A stretch of DNA of 60,819 nt, the filler included, from Sphacelaria rigidula (lineage: Eukaryota), in assembly GCA_964200075.2 (NCBI GenBank). It is 7 parts of 7 records of this genome, joined end to end, with 100 filler letters (N's around TTAATTAATTAA, not from the genome) between each part and the next. Parts side by side here need not be neighbours in the genome. Positions count along the whole stretch, not along the records: positions 34,814 to 43,415 come from CAXNAA020010627.1; positions 43,516 to 52,117 come from CAXNAA020010628.1; 5 more parts are not named here. The stretch is one strand, 5' to 3'. Numbering within the stretch: the first letter of the stretch is position 1; each line of letters begins with the position of its first letter. The notes under the pieces were generated by a model. The model was not told the origin of the DNA. It saw nothing but the letters and a program-made list of their open reading frames with translations, and searched no databases. The position numbers were made by a program, and so were the translations under genes. Positions 34,814 through 48,290 of the stretch are shown in pieces.

Positions 34814-36900
34814 GGAGATATGAACGATTAAAAAACCTCGTATCTTAATTGGCTCTGTATCTTAATTGGTACATTTCCCTCTATATGAATTTTCAATCCA
34901 TGTCGTTCTCTTCCGATGACGTTGGGCATATTTTACCCGACGAGCCTGAATAAGCCCCAAAAGTCGATTTGTTCGTGTCTTTTCGTGATTTTGGTCGGTG
35001 ACACTTGTTTTGCCCAGTTTGGGGGGTCAGGCGCGCCCATAACAGTATGTTGCTTCGGTGTGCTGTATTTCGTGAGCCCTGTTGTTTTGGATGCGATGCT
35101 TCGATTTCTATACTGGAATAATGGAATGTTCGTTCTTCCGCCTACAAGTCGAGTGTAGAGTATAGCTTTGAAAGCACTCACCATGGAGTTGTTGAGTAGT
35201 CGACAACCCGGCCCCAGATGAGGCAATAGAAACGTTTCTATTGGCAGGGTTTTTATCCTCAACGTAATCTCGAAATGAATGAACCCCGGGATTTATGGGT
35301 AAGCCGGTTGTGCTTCTGAGATCCATAGATCCCGGCGGTACTGGCTTCATATCAGCTGCCATGATGGCCAAATGTTCATCGATGAACTCCTGCTGATACC
35401 CTGTACATCCTGCTGCGGAATCGGTTGTGATTTTTTCAGCGAGGGTACTGTTTACTCTGGCTGCGACTCTAACGCGACTGATGCACAGGATAGCGCTATT
35501 ATAGGGGCGCATCTGTATACTTGGCAGGTGATGAGGCGTTGTGTGAGTCATAACAGTGATCGTCCAAGATGGGGTTTCAAAGGGAAAACTGGTGTTTCGA
35601 TTTGGAATCAACAGCCTCTGTTTATAACATCGCTGTTTTTCTGGCTGCCGATTGAAAATTTGTCCGCGTGGAACGTAACGTTACCGATTCATTGGGGTAC
35701 GGCGGAGGGTGTAACATACTTGAGAGCATCAACAAGTTGAGCTTCAATTTCGGCGATGATAGCTCTTTGTGTGGTGTATCAATTTTTCCACGGCTGCTCT
35801 GACGGCTGCTTAGGAATCTACTCTCATCGTGCTCTTTTCAGCTTCTGCTCCTAGTATGTACTTTCACACCACCACTGAGTACTGTTTTGGTGCCCTTCTG
35901 GAGGAGTGAGTTGTTGTACTGACCGAGAAACCCGCATTCCTCCGATATATTTTCTTCACCAGGCGGTAGAGACTTCCTACATTTCATGCGTGGTGAGGTG
36001 TGGGACCTTGAACGGCCTGTACTTTTCACTTCTATCAGCCTGTGGGCTGGGATGCTGAAAGATCATCCGATACACCTCTTTCTCTCGCTCGCTACATCGT
36101 AGGGAATGACAAGGTCGTGCATTTGCAGGTCGGGGAACTTGCTTGTTGATGTTATTTCGAGTCACCGCGTTTCCAGAGATCGGCCTGCTTGATTAATTGC
36201 CATGCCTTTCGCGCGATGGTGGTGGAGGGTTGGTTGATTGTGGATTCGCTGTTTAATCAGCCGTTTTGATGACATACAATGCCCACTGAATAGACTAATT
36301 TCGCGTTTTCCCTGTTTGACTAGCCGTACAGGTGACATATACTGCATCCTGAGAAGTCTAAACTCGCGTTTTGCTCTTTGATTAGTCATGCGGATGACAT
36401 ATAAATGCACATTGAGGGGTTAATTTCGCATTGATCCAAACACATGACTCCAATAGCCTCCCAACTCGAATACTTAAGCACATTACCCATACGTTCCACC
36501 TGGAGTAGCGTTCCTTGGGGGACCCTAGTATTTCCGGTGTCGGGGAGCAGTCGGTTCTCGCTCCAATGTTTTACTTCTAAGGCCTGTCTTGTTTGAGTTC
36601 TGTTCTGGTGTCGCCAGTGTGAGGAACGCGTATCGCTAGAGTGGTCAGAGAGCTACGGGGGAGACTGCCGTCCTGATGCCGAAGGAATTCCGAGGCTGGC
36701 GATGATTTCCTCTTGTATATCTAGGCAAGAAGTCGGGTCAGACTACGAGTGGGCGCCAGGGACGACCCAGATCTCGGGGGATGTTAAACCGTCCTAATAT
36801 TAGGCTCTTCCTGGCATCACCCCGAGTTGTCTAGTTACGTCGGCATTACAGGGTCCTGGGTAATCTGGTTCTTCCGGACCGTTCCTACCTTGTTCCTGCT
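34814..36900 (-). mobile_element. Decayed Ty3/Gypsy gag-protease region
   Basis: VRVAARVNSTLAEKITTDSAAGCT (retropepsin DSGA-like site), PVPPGSMDLRS, then shifted LPIETFLLPHLGP...LLNNSMVSAFKAIL (~35150-35500); upstream boundary approximate. Confidence 0.5.
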
Positions 36901-37082
36901 TGCGCTGGGTCTGCATACATGTGTGGCATCAGTATCTGATATGTCACTGCAAAGAGGTATCCTCCACAAAATAACTGCATCATGTGTGACACATGTTTTA
37001 TGGGATAATTTCCCATTTTGGTGCAGGCTGCATCAGTTAGGTATACCTTATTCCGTGGCCCGTGGCGAAGGATAGATAGTTT

Positions 37083-37286
37083 TGTCTTTTGTATAATTGG
37101 AGAGTGCCTTGACGGAGTCGACCCTATGATAGAGAGATCAGATGTGGAGGGGGCTCAGACGGCAGCGCAGCAGCCGGCCTGAGCATGGTATTGTAGTCAC
37201 ACACACTTGACTACCAGTACCCGTGCGTCAGCATTAATCTATCCGCACATGTGCATGTTCACTCAGTTTACCCTTTCACATTAACA
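37083..37286 (-). repeat. Putative 3' LTR of the Copia element
   Basis: Minus-strand PPT AGAGGGGG (37294-37287) directly followed by TG at 37286; distal CA end uncertain (37083 or 37090); no 5' LTR seen. Confidence 0.5.
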
Positions 37287-40200
37287 CCCCCTCTGAACCG
37301 GTACATCAGTCGTCGTGACTTTTTCTCTCCCCCCCCCTCAAAACAATATAAGAGGGAAACCCGGTCATCCGAGCAAAAAACCCCTCCCCTCAACAGCTTG
37401 TGCACAATCTAGATAACCCATGGACGCCGGTCAAGGCAGATACACGTCATGTCAAGAAATGCCCTACGAAACCCATGCCCCTCAAAGTAGCGTGGGTGGC
37501 TTAACCCAAAATGCGCTTAAATGCATCATTCAACACCTGAACGTATCCGGCGCTAGCATAAGAGTACACACAAAAACGTACCTGCTTGTCACCTTCCAAG
37601 TTCATAAAAAAACGTCTGCGCCTCGTAAACAGGCTGATCAAGAGAGGCTTCGTCAGACTATCAGCATGCTGCCATCCTGAACCTACATGCACAACGCTGA
37701 TCTTTCCCGTCCCCACCAGCTCTCGAATGAAGTGATATCTTACGTCGATTTGCTTACTCCTTTCGGAACTGAGGAGATTTTCGGCCAGAGCTTTTTCTCC
37801 CTCGTTGTCCTCGTACGAAACAAAACCTTGGTCCTCCCCGCATCCCGACACAGTCTGAGGTCGCAGGAACGTCAACAATGCCTTCACAAACAGCCCCTCC
37901 TTTGCCCCCTCGATCATTGCGACATACTCTGTCTCCGTAGTTGACAAAGTCACACAGTGTTGCGTGCGGCTCGTTGCCGACACTACAACACCACCGTACA
38001 TTATGGCTACCCCTCAGACCGAACGCCAATCCGTTTCCTTTTTGGCGTAGCATGCATCGCAGTAAACTGAATGTCTATCATGTCCTTTCTTGAACGTAAA
38101 GTCCAAACTCCTTCGTCTCGTGAAGATACGTTAGCACTTTCACCACAGCTTCGAAGTGCCTCTCGCACGAATCATGCGACTGGCGAGCGAGCGCTCGTAC
38201 CGCATTTGCGATGTCGGGTCTGGTAACTGTTGCCAGCCACATCAGCCCCCCCACTGCGTTACGGTATTGGCGATTCACCCTTGTGTCTTCGCCCGTTGTC
38301 GGCCCCAACTATATAGAAACAGAGGGAGAAATTTCCGAGTACCCCCTCACCTCAAAACGCTTAAGGAGCGTGTCCGCGAACGTGGTTTGCGTCGCGGACA
38401 GCGTGCCTCTATCCCAATCTCTATCCACTGCGCACTCCATGTACCAGGTGGCCTCTCCGAGATTGTTCGTGGGAGATGTTTTGTTGAGTATTTTGCCCAC
38501 GTCTCCCACGTTTTCCAGAGAACCACTGATAGGAATGTCGTCCACATGGACACCTAAAATCACATGCACGTCCTCTGCATCCTCAATCCTGAAAACACAT
38601 GGGTCAGCCTCACACTGCACCATCCCGACATCCTCCGGTAAAGTTTGGCACAGAAGACGAGACCACTGCCTCCCCGCTTGCTTGATCCCGTAAATAGATT
38701 TCTCCAGCTTCAAGGTCATGTCTGTTAAAACGGAGCAACCTTCAGGCAACCTCATGTACACGTCAGTGTCCATCTCTGCTTGAACGAAAGCCTGTGTCAC
38801 GTCAAAGTGATACAGCGGCCACTCTTCTTGAACTACCACTGCCATGACCAGTTTGATGGAGGCCATGGAGGGCGTTGCCGCGAAAGTACAGAAATAGTCG
38901 ACTGCAAAACGTTGTCCGAATCCTCTTGCTACCAACCTTGCCTTTGCCTTCGTTATAGTACCATCTGCGTCAGATTTCCAACTAAAAACCTACTTCGCTG
39001 AAATCACGTTTACTCCTTCCGGTACAGGGCCAGTCGAAAATGTTCCTGCCTTTTCATGATCCCCTACTTCGGACTGCATTGCGCCTATTCATGCCTTTCA
39101 AATTTGCTATGTCATCCATACTGGTGGGTGCTGCCTCTATTTCGCTTACGTGTTGGTCAACCGGTGAACGCAAACCGAATTCAGACTGCCCTACTCTGTT
39201 TTCCTCAGCAAAACAAAAAGTCTTTTTCGGTTAACTCGTGTTGAGTCGAAACGATTGCGTCTTGCCCAGCCACCTGTCCTGCTGCCGCGGTGATCAGCTC
39301 CATGGTTGAGTATTTGTCCTCGGCCATTCCCGCCAGCGCTATCTCCGCTTCCTTTTTGCTCTCCTCCGCTCTGCCAGCCACTAGCGTTTCGCCTAGTGTG
39401 TGTGCCGACCCCATGGCCTCGCGCGTTTGGCGCCTCGTACGCCCCGTCCTTGGTGTTGGTAACCAGTCGGCCTACGCAAGACGGCGTTGCTCGGTCCTCC
39501 GAAGTTGAGGAGCGTCGCCGCCCCCCTCGCCGTCTTTCGAGGGACCCGTGGAAGAGAGTGAAATTGCGGGCGATGAGGGAGTGTCCGATGCCGATGTGAG
39601 CGTCGGCATAGGTGTCGGCATCTGCGCTGGTGTCGGCGTAGGCGTTGATGTTCGCGTTGATGATGATGATGATGATTCCGGCTCACCTCACCCCCTCCGT
39701 TGACAAAATCTGGAACGGGAAAGTCTGGTATCAACCCGCCTTCCCCCCCCCTCGCCGGGATGGTGAAGGCACTTCGCCCCCTCCACTACTGACGGGCATC
39801 TGCAGTGCTGCTCCGCCCCTCCCACCAACGGAACTCGGCGGGGAGGACGGTGCGCTTGAGGAACCGCTGGACGAAGTGTCCACTGTCGACCTTTCCATCC
39901 TTTCCTCACTCACTCCCTGGCCTTGATCGATGCTGGAATTCTTCAGCTCGCCCGGCGTCTGGATCGCTTGTTGTAGTGTGCGGGGGGGGGAGGCAGCGGA
40001 CGTAGGTGCCCATGTTACATGTTATGTGTTGTCACGGTAATAGTTCCTCGTACTGTCAAAAGTCGCATCGCGTCACGTGGGTAGCCTGGGGCTGGGCTCA
40101 AGTACCAGTATTTTTCCGCCTTCGGCTGCAATTTGTTTGTCCGCTTCCTCCAACAAAACCCAGGCTTCAAGAACGGAATGAGATCATCGTCTGGTGGTGA

Positions 40201-40530
40201 TCCATACCGTATTTCATGCGGTGATTAATGGTTCAGGTTAGCCGAGGTAGCGGTACAGTTCAGGGCGTGACACGCCCAGTTTGCCTGTTCAGCCCACAGG
40301 TTGTTATCATTCGGGATGCGCTCATCTAGATACAGCTCAGATGCTTGGATTCTGGCGGTAAGGCCTGCTGTTTCGGTGATACCCAACGCTCGCTCTGCAG
40401 CACCGTTTAACTGAGGTGAGTCGGCAGCAGTTGTCTTCTCCTGCTTGATCTTTTCCTTGTCGCGCAGCTCACCAAATGCACCCTCCGAGAATTCACCCCC
40501 GTCATCGCTACGGACTATCTCAATTTTTCT
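37083..40530 (-). mobile_element. Degenerate, 5'-truncated Ty1/Copia LTR retrotransposon
   Basis: Integrase (VRSDDGGEF...PQLNGAAER, 40225-40530); RT (LVARGF, HFDVTQAF, KSIYGIKQAGRQW, HVDD, ~38080-39050); RNase H (TLSTTETEY, YEDN, RSKQIDVRYHFIRE, QHADSLTKPL, ~37600-38000); IN-RT-RH order; frameshifts. Confidence 0.93.
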
Positions 40531-40861
40531 CGCAGAGAAAAATTGGGAAAACATGGCGCTCGACCTACACGACCAGGAGAGATACAGAGGAATGTTTCAC
40601 CTTGTGGACAATATAAACCTTCTGTTGCAAAAGGTTTCACTGAAATCCATCGGTGTCTCAAAATTAACGGCTTGACTGAACTTAATTTTTTTTTACATTT
40701 TGCTCCGCACCAGCACATTAGTGCAGTAGAGAGCCCCCTTCCTGCTCTACAAGCTGTTCACCCCAGTACAGTACATGCGCGTGCAGCACAACACCATGCA
40801 CCCTAGTGTAGCACAGAACCGCATAACTTCGTTGAGTAAAGTGTAGTGCAACTCAGAGTGT

Positions 40862-41283
40862 TGTGCAGCCTGTGAAGTGCAATGTTCGGGTATGACCAGC
40901 GCTGAGTGCGGGAAGAAACAGAATGTACAGTACCGCTATAGCCGTGTGACGGTCTTGTCGAAGCCATCCGCATTCACGATGAGCGACATGCAGCCGTGGG
41001 TCATGTGCAATCCTGCGGGTTAGGTACTCTATGAAGGAACATATTCATCCCATCTGGTGCCTTTTTATTGCGCATGTAATGTACAGCCTGTAGAGAGCAA
41101 TATTCGGGTATGACCAGCGCCGAGTGCGGGAAGAAACAGTGTGTACAGTACTACATGACGGCCTCGTCGAAGCCATCCGCATTCACGATGAGCGACGTGC
41201 GGCCGTGGGTCATGTGTAATTCTGCGAGTTAGGTACCCCATGAAGGAAGTATTGATCCCACCTGGCGCCTTTTTATTGCGCAT
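40862..41283. repeat. Tandem duplication, ~218-bp period
   Basis: ttcgggtatgaccagcgc.gagtgcgggaagaaacag ... gaagccatccgcattcacgatgagcgac present twice. Confidence 0.85.
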
Positions 41284-41537
41284 CGATGGCATGTTGGGAA
41301 CCAGCACTCGCGTTCGGACGACCCCCCCACGTGGAGCGAGATTACCCGACTCATAAACGACACAGATTTCGAGTTGTGAAGTTGGACAGTACATCAGTAC
41401 GACGATAACATGCAGGATCATGAGACTAGATGGTGCGGCAACCAAAACTCCGTCATCGTTGGACAGTACAGCATGATAACCGCACGATTGAAGACATCTG
41501 TTGTAAAAACAATTGACGTACGATCCCACACGCATCC

Positions 41538-41760
41538 ACTCCCCCGCACATTCGGTGACCGTAGATGTGGAAGATCCCCGAGACTCACAGTTCAGGTGCA
41601 GCGTCTGGAGCACTTTTGAGACGCCGGCCGGGGCAGGACGAATGTGAGATACGGCACCGCAATCGGTCTCAAGGTAAGAGCACCACAATACCCCTCGTGC
41701 ACTATTACCGTGCGAAATAGAAGTGCTGAAGATCCAGCTCATCCGACTGCTTTCCTCTTG
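41538..41760 (-). mobile_element. 3' end of a second, older Copia element (RNase H tail + PPT)
   Basis: Minus-strand fragments LDLQHFYF, SYLETD and LT.VLPRPA.QK, then GCGGGGGAG|TG PPT/LTR junction at 41547-41537. Confidence 0.4.
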
Positions 41761-41937
41761 TTCCCGCTGATGACTGTGATATTTGATGACTGTGATATTT
41801 GAACTAAATTGAGGATGCCTGCGTTTCGGGATGTCATCATTTCACACGAACCCGTGTGTTTTACAATCTAAAAATAAAGAAGACTGCACGACTGATACGT
41901 TGTGTCAATCTATCATTTTCTCGTCTATTCTGGGCAG

Positions 41938-43217
41938 GTAATGAAGTGTCTGCACCACTGTCGCCTCCATCCCGATCGACATATGCCACACCCGCGGTTG
42001 AAAGTAGATCTCCACTGACACACCCCGAATGTGCAGCACCGGTGAAAAGTGTGAGGGACATCGCCGAGGGTCACATCGGCGAACAAGCGAAACCGCAAAA
42101 GAGGCTAAGCCCCCGTTCCTACGGAAACGATACAGCGACTGTGCTGTTCAGTGCGCCGGAGGTGTCTTTCACGTCCAGTGATGGCGTATCTGTAGAAAAG
42201 CAGGGATTGGAGGGGTGCAATGGCCATCCGAGTGCAGAAGGTAGTAACTTCAAATTTCGATCGGCCGGGGAAGGCGCGACTTGTGAAATCTCCATCACCT
42301 CGGCGTCAGAAAACAATGTACGGAAGGTGTTACCATGGAATCCGCCGACAGTACCTCTCAAGGAAGTGGGTAATACCCCCCGTAAAATCGGGAGAGCTGC
42401 CGATGGTAGAGTCCCGGAGGTACAAAATTCAACTCCATCGGCCAAGGCCAAGAAAAGACGTACACCGCCCAACTCCGGCAGAGGCACAACACCACATGCT
42501 GGCATACGTGCATCGAGGCGAAAGAGAACCGCGACGAATTAGCCGGAGGTTGACAGCGTATGGGGAGTGTGGCATGAACAACAGCAGGCGGCGTTGTAGC
42601 ACAGAAACAGCGTGAGGGAAGATCAGCTGCTGGCAATACAATCTCCCGAGGTAGTGCCGATGTCCGTATCCCCATACAACTCAAGACGGGGCCATACTCG
42701 GGGCTTGACGGGGTGCCGGACAGTACCGTGGATGCCGGGCGGAACCGTGAAAGACAGTTGTTCCTCAAGCGTCAGCCCCACGTGACGAAGGCGTATCAGA
42801 AGCTACACAGCACTCCTGCCTTTACGCCGGCCGGCGAAGAGGTCCTGTATGCGCTGGACGAACGAGTGGTCAGCGGTCCGCAGGCGGTGGCCATTTTGTC
42901 TTGCTCCGATGTGTCGCAGAGGAAGCTGGAGGACAACATCGCGTCTTATGTGTTGGGCGACAAGACCAAGAAGAAGGCAACGAAGCAGAAGGTCTATACC
43001 ATCCCGCCGAAGAACACAACAACCACACCGACGGCGACTCAAGACCGGAAGTCGGCGTTGAAGTCCAACACCAAGAACAACACCAAGTACACGCGGGAGC
43101 TGCTGACCGCTTTGGGAGGGATTGTGGGTGCGCCCGAAATTTCCCAGGAGGAGAAGGCGAGGGTACTTCTCAAGCTCGGAGCGTCCGTCCTATTCAGCAT
43201 TCTCAATTCCAACGGAG
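41938..43217 (+). pseudogene. Large exon-like region with disrupted reading frame, unknown protein
   Basis: Pyrimidine-rich ...gggcag acceptor and GTGAG donor; frame 1 open to 42542, another frame open 42578-43231 with coding-like codon use (KKKATKQKVY...RELLTALGGIVGAPEISQEEKARVLLKLG). Confidence 0.45.
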
Positions 43218-43415
43218 GTGAGAGGAATCCCTAATACTGACCATAGTTGTAGTGGACACAATGCCGGGAAACGAGCACATTCACAACGCACCCTCGGCCG
43301 TAGGCAACTTGCAGTTTGTCTGTGTCTGACCCTGGGGATTGTTTTAACCGTCAGTACACTTTTTCCGTGTAGATGTTTTGTTTCTTGCCTTCTTCTGCGG
43401 GCTGTTTGGGTTATG

Positions 43416-43515
43416 NNNNNNNNNNNNNNNNNNNNNNNNNNNNNNNNNNNNNNNNNNNNTTAATTAATTAANNNNNNNNNNNNNNNNNNNNNNNNNNNNN
43501 NNNNNNNNNNNNNNN
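43416..43515. other. Artificial contig linker
   Basis: Same 100-bp spacer. Confidence 0.97.
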
Positions 43516-44121
43516 CAGGGAAAGCACGGCTTTTGAGTTGAACCTCATTTTTTTTTTCAACCCCATTTTCGAAAATCGGCTGTTTACAGTACTTTGTAGG
43601 TGCCGCATAGTGCCCGTGCTGACATCAAATGCAGAAAGCTCATGCGCTACGTAGGGAGTCTACGGGAACATATGAACATGATATAGGGATCATGAGCAGC
43701 CCGTCGCAGAAGGTTTGACGAAACTACACCCTGCCGCATACGAATTGACGGGGCCGGAGTTAGACAACCTTTGAGAGAGACCTGGACGTCAAGGCGTACT
43801 TAATTTAGATTCAGTACACAACAGCTGCTATCCAGCACTGGCTGTACGATCCTGTGCTGACTTTTAGACACGAAGAGAAGACTGATCGACAGAATGAAAA
43901 TATAAGGTAAGCACACAGAAGACGTGACACCTGCCTTGCGCACAACAGACAGCGAAAGTGTCATGGCGAGTTTGGTTTTGGCACTAATACCCGTACGCGG
44001 AAGAACCGCCGACGGTGCTATGTTGATTTTAGTGATCCGCTATGATAGGTCTTAGTCTGCTATGTCGTTCTGTCCGCCCCTCCTTTTTTTTTATTTTATG
44101 TTCCTTCTTTTTCCCTCAGTT

Positions 44122-44223
44122 TGAGTTTCGTTTTTGTTGGGTACGGTACGTCTATCACGAGACCACGGCTGGACCCCTGGGGGGTCAGTTAAAGTGCGAT
44201 AATCAATCAATCAAAATCAATCA
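44122..44223 (+). repeat. Retroposon-like 3' end with (AATC)n tail
   Basis: Homolog of 21947-22064; tail aatcaatcaatcaaaatcaatc. Confidence 0.6.
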
Positions 44224-46594
44224 GAGATCGTTCCGACTGCATCAATTTTCCTGTTCAAATGCCGGCACAGACTTGACCATATCTCCTTCCACACCAAACC
44301 TGATCGGGAACAAATTCATTCGCCCTCGGTGAGCAAGACATCTAAATTCCTCACAAGATACACCGTTTATGCACATACAAGAGGTAGAGTAGTATAGGGT
44401 ACTATACGGCATACACGAGACCAAGACCAGCAAAAACACACTTTCGTGAGAGCTAAGAGCCCTCAAAAGTCTGCCCCGCCTGGTGTGTCGAGTGAAGATA
44501 CGATTGGCTGTGCAGCGTGAGTTTTGTGCGAGTGCGTTTCAGATGCGATAATGTATTGGAAAATGACTTTTGTATCTGTACTAGCAGTGTATTTACGAGA
44601 GGGCTAGATTTTTTAGAAATATTCCGAAAATGCTCGCCGTAATATTCCGAAAATGCTCGCCGTATGAACCGGATCAGTATGGCTCGTATGGATTTCCGTA
44701 CTGGCCCGTATACGTACGCCCCCCGTAATTCCTCATCTCATACTGGTGGATACTGGTGATACTGCGTATTTTGCAGCCTGATACTGGCGGACACTGGGTA
44801 TTTTTGCCGTCTCATACGGGTGGATACTAGCCGCGCCCAGTATATGGGTGCGGGTGATACTGTACTGGATACGGGCGCCGTACAGGATACGGGGAACATC
44901 TTTGAAATACTTTTAGGTCAGCTTGTGCGCTGCGATGGGTAGAAAGTGGGTTCTTGGAGGAGGTAGCTATGAGCGTGATATAGTTGCACGCGGATGTGAA
45001 TGTGATTGAATGCTTCATGGGGCCTGCTGACTCCACCATCGAACAATTATGGAGACGTAAAGACTGACAAAAAAACTAGGGGCAACGCGAGGTCTTGGAC
45101 CGGTTCTTGGGGGATGACAGTCGTGTAGGCGTACGTAGATGGCCGCCAGTTGGCCGGGTTCACTCTGAAAACACGAATTCGTGCAAGTTTTCGTTTTTTG
45201 CCCAAGCAGATTGAAGCAGCGAAAGCAACTTTGGCATGATTGAGCGGACGGACATAGGTTTTCTCGCAAACGTGTCCAAAGCCCAAAGACCGGGCGACGT
45301 CGTTTCCTCTCTCCCCAACTCTCAACACCAGCTTCCGCTCGGGTAACAGGGATTTTGTGCAGGGCCCAAGATCACGAGGGTGGTTCATGAGCGTTGCTCG
45401 TCTCTATGTCAACTTGTTCTAGTCCTGCTCAGCCGGCTGTGGACGGGAATCTCGGCAAATGGAAACCTCGGGGCGAGTATATCAAACCGCCAATCAACTA
45501 CACCCACTCGATCCGCCCATAGCACGCACATGAGCCCCCCACCTAATACGCCGTGCCGTTCAGCTATTGAGTAGCACCTGGGTTCAACACACATGTGCTA
45601 CATATTGCTGCTGTGCTCACAGCTACTGGGCTACTGCACTGTTCGGAATTTCCCTCGTGTCGCTGAGGTCGGTTATCATCATCATGCGAAAAAATGAACC
45701 TCGGGTAAGTGCCCTCTTGGCCCTCCCGCAGCGTTTTTCTTCCATCAAGAGGGTTGGGCGGATGCTGACACCTCGGAGCGACTTGCTCTGGATTTATCAT
45801 CTGAGGGGATTCCGGCACACCTCCGCATTTTTCCGTGCATGCAATTTGAGCTCGAAGCAGATATGGGGTTCTCGGCACGGATCACCATGAATGCCACGTG
45901 CGCGGAAACATACCAAACACACGAAATAAACAACGCCTTTCAACGCTTCAACCATTTGTCCGAGAAATTGCTCGTCTAGCCAAAATATTTACTGCGGCCG
46001 CAAGACAACGCAAAGGTGCCCTGGAACCGTTACAAAGCGTGTAGTAGATCAGAATTCGCCTAATAGCCCTCCTGTCGGGCGGAACATAAGGGCCGAAGAG
46101 GGACTTTCCTAGGCGTGTTTTTTTGCATCGTGAAAACCGGCCTGAGACGGTAAAGCGCTGCTGATCGTGCCATCTGCACAAGTAAGCCACGACGAGGGGC
46201 ACATGCGTGGCAACAACCTTGTCCATGCAGGCTATGTCTCTCAACCAGAAATGACTTCTCTTCCCAGCCCCATCCCCTAGAGACTGAGGAATTGAGGGGG
46301 TTCCTCCACAAGCCATCTTCCCAACTCCATGGTTGAACCGCTTTACCTTTGTCAAAGCTCGGTTATGACCTCGGACTGCGAGCGTGTCAGATGGAATCAG
46401 ATGAAATATGCCACATTTGGGATTCGAAACAGCTCTTTTCTCGCTACACAAAACGCCCTTTCCATGAACATATGCATCGATAGAGGAAACAGTCCCAAGG
46501 ACAAGGGGCCTTACAGACTGGAATACGTTGCGGAGCGCCCTCCCTCCCAGAGGCGGTCGAGAAGGGGGAAAATCGAAAAATGGTGTCGACAAAC

Positions 46595-48290
46595 CTTCTT
46601 CTTCCCGTTTCTTCGCTAGAATACGGAATTGAACGGTAGCTGCACCACCACGATGATGGCCTGTACCCGCGCAGCCCAAAACCGAGGAGTTGGGCATATC
46701 AGTTGCTCTAGCGGCCGCAGGGAAGAGAACTTGGCGGTTGGACAATGACTTTGCAGTCAAGGTGACCGCTGGATGATGACTTTGGGATAGGAGTCATAGT
46801 AGTGAGGCCGCAATGCTGGAGAGTGCCACGTCTTTAAGACGTGAACCCGATGGTGTTCTGTTTGTCGATCAAGGAAAGTGCACTACGAGTCGTGCGTGTT
46901 GCTGAGTGACACCAGAGGTATACACTACTACTACTCCTGTGACTTGACTGTATAATTCCAACCGGCATAAAAATGTTCTGACAGACCTTCCATAGTATCA
47001 AACGATTGCAGTGAGTGTAGATGATACAAGGATGATCACCTAGTGCCCGCGCAGGCAGTGCCCGCGTTCGGATAGCTGTGTCGAAGGGCAATCTCTAAAG
47101 GTCGGTATACTGCACAGCGACACAGGTAAAAGGGACGAATGAGAATCTCGTGAGGATGGTGTCGCTAAAGAAAGCAGTCAACAAGTCACGGTTCTGTTTT
47201 CTCTATTCATGCTGGCATAATCTGTTCCAACAAATGGTGGTCTTACAACGACCACGGCTACGTTTCCACAACTTTTGACAGATTTATGTATCGTACCGCA
47301 TGCTGTCGAGTCGCGATTATTACGAGAGGATGCTGTTCCCAAGAATAATAGTAAAGACTAGAACGTAGCATACATAATCCCACCACCTGCCGTGCAACCG
47401 TAGCATACACAACTTGTACACAAGCCTGGCACAATCCGGGAAAAGCCGTTCATGCACGTACTGCACAGTACAGTACCTACCATCGTCATTTTTCATCTGA
47501 TCACAGGGTACCCACCCCTCGAAAAGGGGGTACCCCCCCATCGCCCAGAATGAGGTTTTCGGGAATCCGAGGCCCTGCGTAGCGGTTTCCAGTCTGTAAG
47601 GCCCCTTGCCAGCGAAATTCCGACCGATTGTTCCGCTGCAATCAGGTGCATGCAGTCAGCATGTATGCTGAATGCGAAGGGCCCCATATCGGGAAATGGT
47701 TGCACCACCGCCACCCCCCCCCCTCCCCCCCCCCCGCGGTCGAGAATGAGGAAAAGACCAAATCAAACTGGGAAAAACCTTATTCTTCTATTTCTCCACT
47801 AGCATACGGAATTGAACGATCGTTCAGATATTTCCCGGTTCGCATCAACGTGAGCAGCCCAAAACCGAGGAGTTTGGGTACGTCAGTCGTTCTTATGGCC
47901 ATCGGGGAGCAAATTTGCCGACTGGAAAGTGACTTTTGAGTCACGGTGATCATTGGATAATGAATATTGAGTCCCGCTACCTTTGCAAGACCGGTCGTTC
48001 CCGACCTGGCACTACCGCAGTGATACGGCCACCATGCTGAGGAGGGCGGTGTACGACGCACAGTTCTGTACTACTACGGAATGACTGAAATGTACATGCA
48101 GTAAGTTGACTGTGCGGTGTTACCAGCCGACACGAAAATGTTCTGATATTATAGACGTGCACAATGTGTGACTTGCAGATGATCATGTACTTCGCCCGCG
48201 TTTGGGCAGACAGCCGTGTTCATACAGCCGTGTTCATACAACGCGCATATCTACATATCACAATTCATACTGCACTACGACACGAGAGAG
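46595..48290. repeat. Diverged direct repeat pair (~46595-47130 and ~47780-48290)
   Basis: Shared atacggaattgaacg, gcagcccaaaaccgaggagtt and aaaatgttctga in the same order. Confidence 0.7.

Noticed and set aside
40862-41283. DGR-like template/variable repeat pair next to a reverse transcriptase
   Set aside because: Differences are mixed transitions and indels rather than adenine-specific, and the RT is Copia-type.
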